39,313 bases of DNA from Candidatus Nanohalarchaeota archaeon (GTDB lineage: Archaea; Nanohalarchaeota; Nanosalinia; Nanosalinales; JAFCCC01). The stretch is from contig JAFCCC010000005.1 in assembly GCA_017610385.1 (NCBI GenBank), positions 1 to 39,313 of the forward strand, given 5' to 3'. Position 1 is the stretch's first letter, and each line of letters opens with the position of its first letter. Position numbers and translations under genes: made by a program. The notes under the pieces were generated by a model. That model was not told the DNA's origin. It searched no databases and was given only the letters and a program-made list of their open reading frames with translations. Shown in pieces: positions 8,181 to 18,713 of the stretch.

Positions 8181-11113
8181 ATTGTTTTACTATTATTTTT
8201 ATTGTGCTTCTTTTTGTATTTATTAAACTCAAAATATAACAAGTCAAACAATGCTGATTTAACTTTCTTCTTTAATTTTTCATTATCAACTATCCTTTTA
8301 TAAAAGTTCATATTGTTGTTTAACAACTTATTCATTTCCTGATTGAAATATTTATCAAATATTGCTTTAACATTCTCTTTTGAGTTATGTTTCATCTTGT
8401 TTATTAAGTCTTTATTTTCTAAAAGATTATTTTTAACCCGCCCTAAAAAAACCTTATCATCATCTGTAAAGTTTGCTCCAAATGCAGCATTAAGGTCTTT
8501 AATAATTCTTGATAGTTTAGTGTTAATATCTGGAGCATATTCACCAACACTAGAACTAATCGGTTTTAATTCTCCTTCGGAATGTAATTTTATTTCTTTC
8601 TCACCTTTTTTAACGATTTTGTAGGATCCCATATCAACATCTTCTAAGACATTGAAAGGTAGTGGGTTATTAATCGTTGGAAGTTTCTTTTGTAAGAATT
8701 TATTGAAAATATATAATTTTTCCAAATTCACATCTGTAAATGGAATTAATTGAGATAGGAAAGAGTATATGCTTTGATATCTTTTAAGAGTTTTCTTGAA
8801 TCCAACTTGTTCCTTTTTGTTTTTATTTTTGAATTCGTGAACAACAGAACTTAAAATATTATGTAACTTAGGTTGAGCCTCTCCTTTTTTGTATAATTTA
8901 ATGAAAGTGTTTACGTCTGATTGTTCAAATATTTGATAATCTATTAATTTTTCTTCTAAGTCATATAATTTATGTGGGTCTGTTCCCTCTTTCAAGAAAG
9001 TAGCGCCATAATATGGCTGAAAAGCTTTTTGAATTACTTCTGGTTGATTTGCGAAGTCTAAAATTAGAGTATCACTTTTATTTGGCGGATAAATTCTATT
9101 AGCTCTACTTAATGTCTGAACAGCAGTTATTCCATTAAGTATTTTATCAACATATATTTTATGCAATAGAGGTTGATCAAAACCTGTCTGATATTTATTC
9201 GTTACAATTAGAATTTTATAAGGCTCTTCTTGAAATGCTCGTTCTATTGTCTTCTTTGAGGAAAGATTGTTCATATTGTTTTCTGTATATTCTTTTTCAT
9301 CATGCTCTACTACCCCCGTAAACGCAACAAGAGTTTTTATTGGATAATTGTTTCCTTTTATTGCTTTGTCAAATGCTTTTTTGTATAAAACTGCATGAAG
9401 TCTTGACCGCGTTACAACCATTGCCCTTGCCCTTCCTTTAATTTTATACATTGAAGAACTCATAAAATGATCAAGCATAATCTCAGTTTTTTTTGTAATG
9501 GCGTGGGGGTGTTTTTCAACAAAATTCCGAAGTAATTTCTTTGCCTTTCTTTCATCGAATAATGGGTCCTCGGGAATTTTCTTGACCAATTTAAAATAGG
9601 TGTCATAGGTGAGATAATTTTTCAATACATCCAGAATAAAACCTTCTTCAATTGCTTGTTTCATAGAATAAAGGTGGAATGCGTGGTATTTTCCTCTTTC
9701 GTCTCTTGTGCCAAACATTTCGAGTGTTTTATTTTTTGGTGTGGCGGTAAATGCAAAAAAGCTGATATTTTTTAAGTTCCTATATGATTCCACTTCTTTC
9801 AAGAGTTCTTCTTCAATTTCATCTTCAACTTCTCTTTCCATTGCTTCTGCTTCTTCGAGACTATTTGTAGAAAGAATCTGTTTAAGCTTTCTTGCCATTG
9901 CTCCGGTCTGAGAAGAATGTGCCTCATCAATAATAACTGCATATTTTCGTTTTGGAAGATTTTTTGTCTCTTCTAAAATGTATGGGAATTTTTGGAGCGT
10001 GGTTACAACAATATTACTTCCTGTTTTCAAAGCTTCTTTTAAATCCTGAGAGGTTTTATTATCATCAATTAATTCAACAATTCCTTTAACTTTCTCGATA
10101 GATTGAACTTGCCTTTGAAGTTGTTTATCTATAACTTTTCTGTCAGAAATAACAATAACCATGTCATAAACTCTTTCATCTAATCTGTTGAATTTATTAA
10201 TTAAACCATGTGAAAGCCACGCAATTGTCTTAGTTTTTCCAGAACCCGCACTATGCTCTATAAGATATTTTTTGCCTGGTTTTGCATCTGCAAGAAGTTT
10301 ATTAACACAATCTAGCTGATGATATCTCGGAAAAATTGGAAATTCTGTGTTATTATCATCATCTTTTTCTATGTATACGAAATTATTGAGTAATTTTGAA
10401 AGCTTGTTGATTTGCAGAATATCATTGTACAAATAGGAGGTTTTGTAATCATTTTTTACTTCTGGATTTTCCAATCCTTTATTAAAAGGTAAAAATCTTG
10501 TTTTCCATCCTTCTAATTTTGTAGCCAGGAATATCTTTTCATCACTCATTGCAAAATGAACAAAACACCTCTGAAAAATCTTTTCTTTTGGGTCTCTATC
10601 ATCTTTATATTGCTTTATTGCTCTCTCAACACCCTGAGAAAAGGTATCTTTAAGCTCGATTGTTAATATTGGAAGGCCATTTATGAAAATCACAAGGTCT
10701 AATCTATTTCCATTTTCTCTAGATTCATATTCTAATTCATCAACTATTGAAAATATATTTTTTTCAAAATTCTCAAATAGATCGGGGTTTTTCTTATTGT
10801 TTGGTTTTGGATAGAATAAGTGAAATTGACATCCTGCTTCCTTAAAACCAGCTCTCAGAATATTTATTGTGCCTTTCTTTTCAATTTCTGAGACTATTCT
10901 AAAGAAGAATTTTTGTTCTGCCTTGTCTCCATACACTCTTTCAAACTTTTTCCAAGTCTTTTCTTGTGTATCTTTAATGAATTTTAATGTAAGTTCAGGA
11001 TCAAGACAAGTTGCTTTATTGTAATTTTGAGTTCCTCGTTTATGATAGCCAGTACTGACTAGGTGCGCAATAATATCATTCTGAAATGCTTTTTCGCTAG
11101 TGTCAGTTTCCAT
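8177..11113 (-). CDS. hsdR: Type I restriction enzyme R subunit
   Basis: DLVIFINGLPILTIELK nuclease motif, HSAGSGKT, IIDEAH, FTATPK, QTGFDQP, QTLSRANR. Confidence 0.95.
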   Translation of the reverse strand: METDTSEKAFQNDIIAHLVSTGYHKRGTQNYNKATCLDPELTLKFIKDTQEKTWKKFERVYGDKAEQKFFFRIVSEIEKKGTINILRAGFKEAGCQFHLFYPKPNNKKNPDLFENFEKNIFSIVDELEYESRENGNRLDLVIFINGLPILTIELKDTFSQGVERAIKQYKDDRDPKEKIFQRCFVHFAMSDEKIFLATKLEGWKTRFLPFNKGLENPEVKNDYKTSYLYNDILQINKLSKLLNNFVYIEKDDDNNTEFPIFPRYHQLDCVNKLLADAKPGKKYLIEHSAGSGKTKTIAWLSHGLINKFNRLDERVYDMVIVISDRKVIDKQLQRQVQSIEKVKGIVELIDDNKTSQDLKEALKTGSNIVVTTLQKFPYILEETKNLPKRKYAVIIDEAHSSQTGAMARKLKQILSTNSLEEAEAMEREVEDEIEEELLKEVESYRNLKNISFFAFTATPKNKTLEMFGTRDERGKYHAFHLYSMKQAIEEGFILDVLKNYLTYDTYFKLVKKIPEDPLFDERKAKKLLRNFVEKHPHAITKKTEIMLDHFMSSSMYKIKGRARAMVVTRSRLHAVLYKKAFDKAIKGNNYPIKTLVAFTGVVEHDEKEYTENNMNNLSSKKTIERAFQEEPYKILIVTNKYQTGFDQPLLHKIYVDKILNGITAVQTLSRANRIYPPNKSDTLILDFANQPEVIQKAFQPYYGATFLKEGTDPHKLYDLEEKLIDYQIFEQSDVNTFIKLYKKGEAQPKLHNILSSVVHEFKNKNKKEQVGFKKTLKRYQSIYSFLSQLIPFTDVNLEKLYIFNKFLQKKLPTINNPLPFNVLEDVDMGSYKIVKKGEKEIKLHSEGELKPISSSVGEYAPDINTKLSRIIKDLNAAFGANFTDDDKVFLGRVKNNLLENKDLINKMKHNSKENVKAIFDKYFNQEMNKLLNNNMNFYKRIVDNEKLKKKVKSALFDLLYFEFNKYKKKHNKNNSKTI

Positions 11114-13184
11114 TTTCTTCCTCTACATTATCAAATGCTTGTTTTATTAAATTTAACACAGAATCCAATTCTTCAAAATTGCTGATTTTTACTTCTGTGT
11201 CTCCATTTCCCCACTTTCCTTTGCCTGAAACATCTCTGCATTTTTCTTGTGGATCTTTTATTTTTTCAAATGGTATGTTTAATGAAAGACTTAGAGCTTT
11301 TTTCTGAGGAATAATATCAACAAAATTTGTTGATGATTTATAAGCTATATACAGTTTTTGCGGTTCTTCTTTAACAGACGAGTCAATATTCAATATTCTT
11401 TTTCTCAATTCATTAAAGAGAGGGTGCATTGGTTCCCCATCTCTTAAATATTCATGATCTTCGATTGTATATTTCTGTTTTGGTTCTTCTTCGGTTTTGT
11501 ATTTTTCTAACGTTTCTGCTTCAACAGAAGGATAACTCCATATTTCTTTTGCTATATTTATAATCTCTGATGCTCTTTTCTTTATTTCAGTTTCGCTCCA
11601 TTTCTCTAATTGGGCTAATCCTCTGTTTATTCTTATTGGGCTGTCCTTGAATCCTCCTTTCATATCTCTTTTTTCTTTGAAAGGTTTATCGCTTAATTCA
11701 GGATTATAACCGGTTAAAGTGAGATTTCCAATAGTATGAAGATATGTTTTCTGTATTTCTTTCCAATTTTCTCCTAAATCTTCTTTCCATTGTTCAGAAA
11801 GCTTTGGGTTTTGAGGCATAATATGTTCAATAGTATATGATTCTACATCAACAAATTCCTTTCTGTCATGATTCTCAAGCTTTCTTAAGATATAATTCCT
11901 ATTTCTAAAATGGTAAATCTCTTTTATTTGAAGCTCTTTTTGAAATTCTTCATCATCAGGTATTCTTCTGTATGAATCTTGCAGAACAATAATTGCCTTT
12001 ATGCTCTCAAGATAGTTCTCTTTATCTACTTTTTTGTATAATGTTGAAAAAGTTTTGTTTAAAGAATTTGTAGGCACTCCACAAATTGCTCTTCTAAATA
12101 CATAACTTTCAATCACTCTGAGAATTTCGATAAATTGCTCTTTTGTTATCTTTTTATTAGCATAATCATGATAAACACTAAGTATAAATGGATATGAAAC
12201 ATCCACTTTTAACTCGTTAATGTCCGCAAAAGCACTTCTTATATCTTTATCTGGTTCTTTTTCCAATGAGAAGTTTACATAATATTTGGAAAACTTATGC
12301 AGATCAACAACTAATTCTTTTATTGAGCTGAATTTTTTTGAGAATAGCTTGAATGCTTGATATACTTCTTTTATCTTTGGGATCTTATTTTCTTTCATGA
12401 TTAAATAAGACCTTACAAAGAAGTCAAATTCAGCTGTAAATGCTGATTGTCTGAAGTCCTTTTCCATTTCAAACCAGTACTTATTGTATAGTTCTTCCTG
12501 CTCGCTTTTTTCCAATCCCATCAAAATGTAATTTCTGATTAAATCTGCTTGCGTTAGTTCAAGTCCTGTGGAGTTTAAGCTCTCAAAGATTAACTGCGGA
12601 TTGTCTTTTTCTCTATCCAAAGAAACATCAATTATGATTAATTTTGATAGACCTTTGTAGATAGTGTTTAAATCAGCTTTTGCAATCTCGTCCTTAAAGA
12701 AATCATAATTCTCTTTTATCCTTAAAGAATCTTCATTAGTTAAATCAAGATTATCTAATATTTTGAATAATGCAGTTTTATCGCTTTTTGTAAGAATTAA
12801 TTTATATTTATCTTCTCCTTCTTCATTGTCATTCATAAGATAATAGTTTGATAATTTTTTGGGGTTTAATTCTGTTTGAGTACTATTTTCTGTTATGTGC
12901 TTGCATAATGCTGATATCAGTAAGGATAATGTAGTTAATCTTTGCTGACCGTCAATTACTAAGAGCTTTGGGAGTGTTGAAACTTGGTATAATCCTTTTT
13001 CAACATAAACAACAGAACCAATAAAATGTCCTGAAATAGAATCATCTTCTCCAGCTTTGATAATATCTTTCCATAACTGCTTGCATTCTTTTTCTTTCCA
13101 ACTATATGTTCTTTGATAGATTGGAATAACCAATTGTTTCGGTGAATTCAAAAACCGTAAAAAATTAACTTCTTTAGCTTCCAT
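11103..13184 (-). CDS. GmrSD-like DUF262 + DUF1524 (HNH) protein with C-terminal DUF5655-like domain
   Basis: IPIYQRTYSW, IDGQQRLTT, IFESLNSTG; TIEHIMPQ...IGNLTL...N; C-terminal KLYIAYK...GKWGNGD. Confidence 0.88.
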   Translation of the reverse strand: MEAKEVNFLRFLNSPKQLVIPIYQRTYSWKEKECKQLWKDIIKAGEDDSISGHFIGSVVYVEKGLYQVSTLPKLLVIDGQQRLTTLSLLISALCKHITENSTQTELNPKKLSNYYLMNDNEEGEDKYKLILTKSDKTALFKILDNLDLTNEDSLRIKENYDFFKDEIAKADLNTIYKGLSKLIIIDVSLDREKDNPQLIFESLNSTGLELTQADLIRNYILMGLEKSEQEELYNKYWFEMEKDFRQSAFTAEFDFFVRSYLIMKENKIPKIKEVYQAFKLFSKKFSSIKELVVDLHKFSKYYVNFSLEKEPDKDIRSAFADINELKVDVSYPFILSVYHDYANKKITKEQFIEILRVIESYVFRRAICGVPTNSLNKTFSTLYKKVDKENYLESIKAIIVLQDSYRRIPDDEEFQKELQIKEIYHFRNRNYILRKLENHDRKEFVDVESYTIEHIMPQNPKLSEQWKEDLGENWKEIQKTYLHTIGNLTLTGYNPELSDKPFKEKRDMKGGFKDSPIRINRGLAQLEKWSETEIKKRASEIINIAKEIWSYPSVEAETLEKYKTEEEPKQKYTIEDHEYLRDGEPMHPLFNELRKRILNIDSSVKEEPQKLYIAYKSSTNFVDIIPQKKALSLSLNIPFEKIKDPQEKCRDVSGKGKWGNGDTEVKISNFEELDSVLNLIKQAFDNVEEENGN

Positions 13185-14470
13185 TATGCAACAGCCTCCT
13201 TTACATCAACCTTTCCAGTCACAACATGATGGATTAATGATGTTTTATACTCTTCCCTGAGATTAAACTTTTCTTGGATTTTATTAATTGTTTGGTCAAT
13301 CTTTGAAGTTTCTTTGTCTAAATATTCAACTATTTGGAATTGTTCTTTTTTTGGTGGAACAGGCAACTTAATATTTGAAAGAGTAGTAGGATCTGCTCTT
13401 GGCATCTTCACTCCGTAAGTGAGTGAATTTACATAGTCTATATATCCTTTAGAAATTAGTCTATATTTTAGAAATAAAGGTAAGACTTCCTTAGCTTCAT
13501 AAACAATGATTTCTGTACTGCATACACCTCTATCTTGTGTTATTACAACTTTTACTAAATATGGTCTTAATTTTCCAAAGAGTACATTATTTTCAGTAAA
13601 TGTTAATGTGTCTCCATCAACATCATTAGAATTTCCATATTTTTTTAGTTTTCCAGTTTCAGACTCAATATGTTCAAGTCCAATATATTTCTTGTTTTCT
13701 GCATCTTTAACTTTATTTTTCTTTTCATTTGCAAAGAATTTTAACTTTTTAACTTCCCAACCATCAGGAATATCTCCAATCCAGTCAATCCCAGAATCTT
13801 TCATCTTTGCTTTAGGATCAAGCCCTTTTGTCACAACATGATTAATGAGAGCTGTTCTTTTTTCTTTCAAGAGTTCAATCAATTCCTTGTCTTTTTCGAT
13901 AGTTTGGTCTATTTTTGAGGTCTTTGAATCGAGGAAAGAGGTTATAGCTTCTTGTTCTATTTTTTGAGGAAATGCACAAAAAAGATTTACAATATCCTCT
14001 TTATTAATACCTGCTTGCGCACCACCAGTTTGATGTAGTAAAATTTGTTCTCTTTGAGATAAAAGATAGTAAAAAACATACTTTGAATTTGTTTTTCTAT
14101 TTGGTTGAATTCCAATTACTGACTGGTTTGCTGTAGCTCTAAAAGTTAAATATCCAATATTTGCACAAGTAGCTCCAGTTAAAGCTACTAAAACAGAGTC
14201 CTTTTTGATCCATTTAGCTGAACTTTTTGATAATCCTTCTAAAGTAATAAATGTGGTCACTTCATTTTCATGGATTGACTTATCATGCACCCTTCCAGAA
14301 GGAAGCCAAGGAATCTTTCCATCCCAAAAAGCAGTATTTGTAGTATCGGGAGTCCCTCCAGCAATCGAAATAGAAAAATGTTTAACTTTTTTTACTTCCC
14401 ACTCTTCTGGGATCTCTCCAATCCATTGGATTCCTGAATCTTTGTATTTTAGATAGGGTTTGAGTTTCAT
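13184..14470 (-). CDS. hsdS: Type I R-M specificity subunit (two TRDs)
   Basis: Repeated KDSGIxWIGxIPxxWEVKK conserved regions, PxxxEQxxI helices, C-terminal VVTGKVDV. Confidence 0.95.
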   Translation of the reverse strand: MKLKPYLKYKDSGIQWIGEIPEEWEVKKVKHFSISIAGGTPDTTNTAFWDGKIPWLPSGRVHDKSIHENEVTTFITLEGLSKSSAKWIKKDSVLVALTGATCANIGYLTFRATANQSVIGIQPNRKTNSKYVFYYLLSQREQILLHQTGGAQAGINKEDIVNLFCAFPQKIEQEAITSFLDSKTSKIDQTIEKDKELIELLKEKRTALINHVVTKGLDPKAKMKDSGIDWIGDIPDGWEVKKLKFFANEKKNKVKDAENKKYIGLEHIESETGKLKKYGNSNDVDGDTLTFTENNVLFGKLRPYLVKVVITQDRGVCSTEIIVYEAKEVLPLFLKYRLISKGYIDYVNSLTYGVKMPRADPTTLSNIKLPVPPKKEQFQIVEYLDKETSKIDQTINKIQEKFNLREEYKTSLIHHVVTGKVDVKEAVA

Positions 14471-16131
14471 TTTGAAATGCCTCCAAAATGAGTTTCAATA
14501 TATTCATACTGCTTTTTCCCAGAAAGCTTATCTGTTGCAGGATTTGTTCTCACATAAAATTCTTCATCTTTTCCTAGAAATACTGGTTTTTTACTTGGTT
14601 TACATTCAAAGTGTAATACTTTCTTATCTTCAACTGAAATTATTTTATAATTAATCAAGTCATAGAATTCAGGACCAAAATCTCTTTTAATTAAATTCTT
14701 CACATGTTTTAGAATATCATCATTAGATTCAAAATCATCATTGTTCAAGCCCAGTATTTCTCCTTCATCATTAACACCAACTAATAAAATTCCCCCTGCT
14801 GAATTCATAAAACCAGCAATATTTTTTAGTGTCGCCTTTTCAATTACTGAATCTGGAACGCCTTCTTTTTCAATTGATTTTCTTAAAGTTGATTTAAATT
14901 CTAAAGTTTTACTTTCTCCTTCTCTAATTAATGATAATATTTTATCTGAATCTTTTAACATATCTAAAGAATCAAGCATACTAGTTAAATCCTTTTCAAT
15001 AGATTCAACACTTTTTGGATTTAGAGCGATTTCCTCTTCAAACGAATCTATTTTTAATTTTAGTTGATTCAACTTTCTATCAGATTCAATTACCTTATTT
15101 TGTAGTTCTATAGAAGGTACAGAAACTAATAAGTTTTCAACATCGGCCTTGTTTATGTGAGGAATTACTGTACCAGAAAAAAGGCTCTTTAAATTTAATT
15201 TTCCTATTTTTGAATTAAAAAATAATGATAAATATTCTGATTTAACTAAATTCTTATCTAAAACAATTTGTATAAGATTCTGATGTTTAACTGAAACTTT
15301 TTTTAAATCAGAGGTAGTTTTTAAAGTCCCAACTTTTGGAATATAGATTGAATTATCTTTTTCATCTACTCTATTTCTTATATTAATTTCATTAGATAAT
15401 TCTTTCAATGAATATTTTTTAAAATCTTTGTATAATTTTGATAATTTATCTAATTGTTTAGAGATTTTGTATTTCTCAAAACCTCTAAAATTAGTATCCA
15501 GAAACATACCTTCCGCTAGACTAACCGAGTTTCCCTTATTTTTATTTTCTAAAACTCTATTTATATCACTATTCTCTTCAATTTCTGCTACAAAAATTTT
15601 ATTCTTTTTTTCTTTAGAGATAACAACAATTATTGGTCTCAAGCCGGTGGCAGGTTTTAATATATTTTCAGGAATGTTAAAAACACTTTCAATGTAAAAT
15701 CCTCTCTTATTAAGCAAATCAATAAAATTAGCTCCAGTTTGAGAATTTAATAGTAATGGCTCAACTAAATAAATACCCTTGCCATTTTCAGATAAGTTGT
15801 ATAAAGATCTTAAAATAACAATCCAATTTTTTCTTTCTTTTATATCAATATTTTTTTTAGGATTTTTGTACTCTTCCTTCATCCAGCCAAAGGGTAAGTC
15901 TCCTACGATTAAATCGAAATTTTGTTTTAATCCATCTAATAACAAAAGAGGATCACCATATTTTATTTTTTCGTTCTCTCCTTTTTCATGAATCTTAAAA
16001 ATTAAATCTGCTTCATTATCTAGCTTTGAAAATAAACTAAATTCAGATAGATCCATTAACAATGTTTTATGTAAACTCCATTTTTCTTTAATTGCCAGTA
16101 CAAATTTAGATAGTTCCATCTTATTCAACAT
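14467..16131 (-). CDS. Fusion of degenerate N6-MTase-like domain, TRD-like domain, coiled coil and Schlafen/AlbA_2 domain; start likely 16119
   Basis: FDLIVGDLPFG in place of NPPY/F; YLSLFFNSKIG...GTVIPHINKADVENLLVSVPSIELQ (HsdS-like); EGESKTLEFKSTLR...IAGFMNSAGGILLVGVNDEG...FYVR (AlbA_2). Confidence 0.75.
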   Translation of the reverse strand: MLNKMELSKFVLAIKEKWSLHKTLLMDLSEFSLFSKLDNEADLIFKIHEKGENEKIKYGDPLLLLDGLKQNFDLIVGDLPFGWMKEEYKNPKKNIDIKERKNWIVILRSLYNLSENGKGIYLVEPLLLNSQTGANFIDLLNKRGFYIESVFNIPENILKPATGLRPIIVVISKEKKNKIFVAEIEENSDINRVLENKNKGNSVSLAEGMFLDTNFRGFEKYKISKQLDKLSKLYKDFKKYSLKELSNEINIRNRVDEKDNSIYIPKVGTLKTTSDLKKVSVKHQNLIQIVLDKNLVKSEYLSLFFNSKIGKLNLKSLFSGTVIPHINKADVENLLVSVPSIELQNKVIESDRKLNQLKLKIDSFEEEIALNPKSVESIEKDLTSMLDSLDMLKDSDKILSLIREGESKTLEFKSTLRKSIEKEGVPDSVIEKATLKNIAGFMNSAGGILLVGVNDEGEILGLNNDDFESNDDILKHVKNLIKRDFGPEFYDLINYKIISVEDKKVLHFECKPSKKPVFLGKDEEFYVRTNPATDKLSGKKQYEYIETHFGGISK

Positions 16132-18196
16132 CTTCCTTTATCAACTCTTGAATCTCAGCAGTTACTTTCTTAATATCCGCTTCAATCTCTTCCAAAGGTC
16201 TTGGCGGGACATACTTGTAAAAATACTGGGTGAAGTTTATTTCATAGCCTATCTTGTCTTTTTTCCTGTCCATCCACGCATCAGAATAGTAAGGTTTTAC
16301 TTCTTTTTCAAAATATTCTTCGATGTCTTGCTTTAATGGGATCTTCTCTGAATCTCTTAGTGCAGAATCTGGTTTCTTCTTTCCTTTATTGTCTGTAACA
16401 TACTCAGCAGTTTCATCAGGCTCAGATAAAGCAAGAATAATATTCTTGATAAAAGCAGGAGTTAATTTTATGCCTTTCAAAGCTTCGGTAATCTTGTCTT
16501 CAAATTCGTCCCAATTCTTATATAATGATGAACCGATTGTTTTCAAAGCACGGATAATCTCATCTTGTTTCTTCCGTCCTTCTTCCTCTTCTTTTAGTTT
16601 TTCATCAGGATTTTCTTTTTTACTTTCAGCCAATTTTGAAAATCCCTTATAGGCATATAAATTCTCAAGTCTTTCTTCATTAACACAGAAATTTAGTTGT
16701 AACGGTCGTTCAACGGTTACTTTAGTATATCCAAAGTCTTCATTATCAAATATTTTTACATTTTTAGAATTGCTAAATTTCTTATAATATTCAAGAATTT
16801 CTTTAAGGTCATCCTCTGTTAAATATTGTCTTTTGTAACCCAGACTTCTACGCATTTTCTTGAATTTGGACGTTGCATCAATTAACTGGATTTTTCCAAT
16901 TCTTTCTGTTGGTTTATCGTTTGTTAAAACCCAAACATAGGTTCTAATGCCCGTATTATAGAATAATTGACCCGGTAATGCAATAATGGCTTCTACATAA
17001 TCACTTTCGATCATCCATTTTCTAATATTGCTTTCTCCTTGTCCTGCATCACCTGTGAATAATGGAGAGCCATTTGTAATAACTGCAATTCTTGACTTTT
17101 CTTTAGTTTTCATCTTAGAAAGCATATGTTGTAAAAATAATAATTGTCCATCATTTATGCGTGGTAAACCTGCCCCAAACCGGCCTTCAAAACCTCTTTC
17201 TGCCTCTTTTTTTACTTCGTTTTGATCTGCTTCCCATTTGGTCCCATAAGGTGGATTCGATATTATAAAATCAAATTTTTCATTTTTGAACTGATCATCA
17301 GACAAGGTACTTTTAGGACCCTTAATGTTATTGGATTCTTCTCCCTTTATCAACATATCTGCCTTGCAAATTGCGTAAATTTCCTCATTCAATTCTTGAC
17401 CAAATAATACCGTTTCAATAGAATCGTTCATCCGTCTAATGAATTCTTTACAACTAGTAAGCATCCCTCCCGTACCACACGCAGGATCATAAATTGTTTT
17501 AATAAGGTTTTTTTCAGATAAATGAACCCCATTTTCAATAAAAATCAATTTAGTCATCAAACCCACCACATCTCTAGGCGTAAAATGTTCTCCCGCCTCT
17601 TCATTAGATTGTTCTGCAAATCTCCGGATCAATTCCTCAAAGATGGTGCCCATTTCATGATTGGATACTACTTCAGGATGTAAATCTACTTTTGATTCAG
17701 AAAATTTCTTAACAAGCAAAAATAAAAGATTTGCTTTTGCCAATCTTGCAATGTGATTTTTTAAATAGAAATTTTCAAAAATATCTTGAACATTCTTACT
17801 AAATCTATCTAGATAATGCATTAAATTTTGTTCAATATGTTCTGGATCTTCAAGTAATGTTTTGAAATCGTACCTAGAATAATTATAAAATCCAAGGGGT
17901 CTTCCCTTTTTGTCTTTTGCAGCAGTTTGCAAAACGTGTTTTAAATTTTCAAATTGGTCTTTGTATTTGTTATATGCTTCCAAAACTTGAGATTTAGAAT
18001 CACTTAAAACCGAATCGAATCTTTTTAAAACAACAAAAGGAAGTATAACTTTCTGGTATTCATTGCGTTTATAGGTGCCCCGCAATAAATCTGCTAAGTC
18101 CCAAATGAATGTTATTTTTTCTTGAAAATTGTTTTTCATTGTACCGAACTGCCTCTGAGAGAATAAAAATATTCTTTTTAAAGGATTATGAAACAA
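16121..18196 (-). CDS. hsdM: Type I R-M methyltransferase subunit; start likely 18139 (MKNNFQEK)
   Basis: FIWDLADLLRG, GEHFTPRDVV, IYDPACGTGGML, ISNPPYG, GYEINF. Confidence 0.96.
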   Translation of the reverse strand: MFHNPLKRIFLFSQRQFGTMKNNFQEKITFIWDLADLLRGTYKRNEYQKVILPFVVLKRFDSVLSDSKSQVLEAYNKYKDQFENLKHVLQTAAKDKKGRPLGFYNYSRYDFKTLLEDPEHIEQNLMHYLDRFSKNVQDIFENFYLKNHIARLAKANLLFLLVKKFSESKVDLHPEVVSNHEMGTIFEELIRRFAEQSNEEAGEHFTPRDVVGLMTKLIFIENGVHLSEKNLIKTIYDPACGTGGMLTSCKEFIRRMNDSIETVLFGQELNEEIYAICKADMLIKGEESNNIKGPKSTLSDDQFKNEKFDFIISNPPYGTKWEADQNEVKKEAERGFEGRFGAGLPRINDGQLLFLQHMLSKMKTKEKSRIAVITNGSPLFTGDAGQGESNIRKWMIESDYVEAIIALPGQLFYNTGIRTYVWVLTNDKPTERIGKIQLIDATSKFKKMRRSLGYKRQYLTEDDLKEILEYYKKFSNSKNVKIFDNEDFGYTKVTVERPLQLNFCVNEERLENLYAYKGFSKLAESKKENPDEKLKEEEEGRKKQDEIIRALKTIGSSLYKNWDEFEDKITEALKGIKLTPAFIKNIILALSEPDETAEYVTDNKGKKKPDSALRDSEKIPLKQDIEEYFEKEVKPYYSDAWMDRKKDKIGYEINFTQYFYKYVPPRPLEEIEADIKKVTAEIQELIKEDVE

Positions 18197-18327
18197 ACTT
18201 AATATTTGTAACTCTTAATCACACCCATCGTTACCCCTTACCTTTTATCCACCCAAAAAGGTAATTTAACTACTTACTAACTTGCAGATAAGGAATTATT
18301 GCCTGAAAGTGTGCTGGTTTTTGCGGA

Positions 18328-18690
18328 TTAAGAAGTGGATGTGAGATTCTGCCTTATCTGATCCTTCAAATTTTCTTCAATCCTCGTCACAAGATTTTTA
18401 GAAATAACTTCATTCGCTTCGTACCAATCCAACCCGGACTTTAATAAATAAGCTAAAACAACGGCATTACTTCTAGACATACCACCACGACAAACAACTA
18501 TTACTTTTTTTCCTTTTTTCAGAGCCTTTTCAACTAATTGCACTTTACTCATGAATTGACCCCAATTATCCTGATACCCATCAATAAGATCCCAAACAAT
18601 AATAAATTCTATTTCAGGATTTTCTTTAACACGAAGGCTCTCGTAATTGTAATAATTGCAAGTTCCGAGGTTTTCATTGTACCAGAACAT
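18328..18690 (-). CDS. Dual-specificity/tyrosine protein phosphatase-like protein
   Basis: VIVVCRGGMSRS = Cx5R(S) P-loop; upstream DLIDG acid loop. Confidence 0.8.
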   Translation of the reverse strand: MFWYNENLGTCNYYNYESLRVKENPEIEFIIVWDLIDGYQDNWGQFMSKVQLVEKALKKGKKVIVVCRGGMSRSNAVVLAYLLKSGLDWYEANEVISKNLVTRIEENLKDQIRQNLTSTS

Positions 18691-18713
18691 AATAAATAAT
18701 TCGTTATGAAATT

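Noticed and set aside
18238-18264. Inverted repeat TTACCTTT/AAAGGTAA upstream of hsdM as an operator
   Set aside because: Only 8-9 bp and AT-rich, not conserved in the paralogous flank near 28.0 kb, and no controller gene nearby
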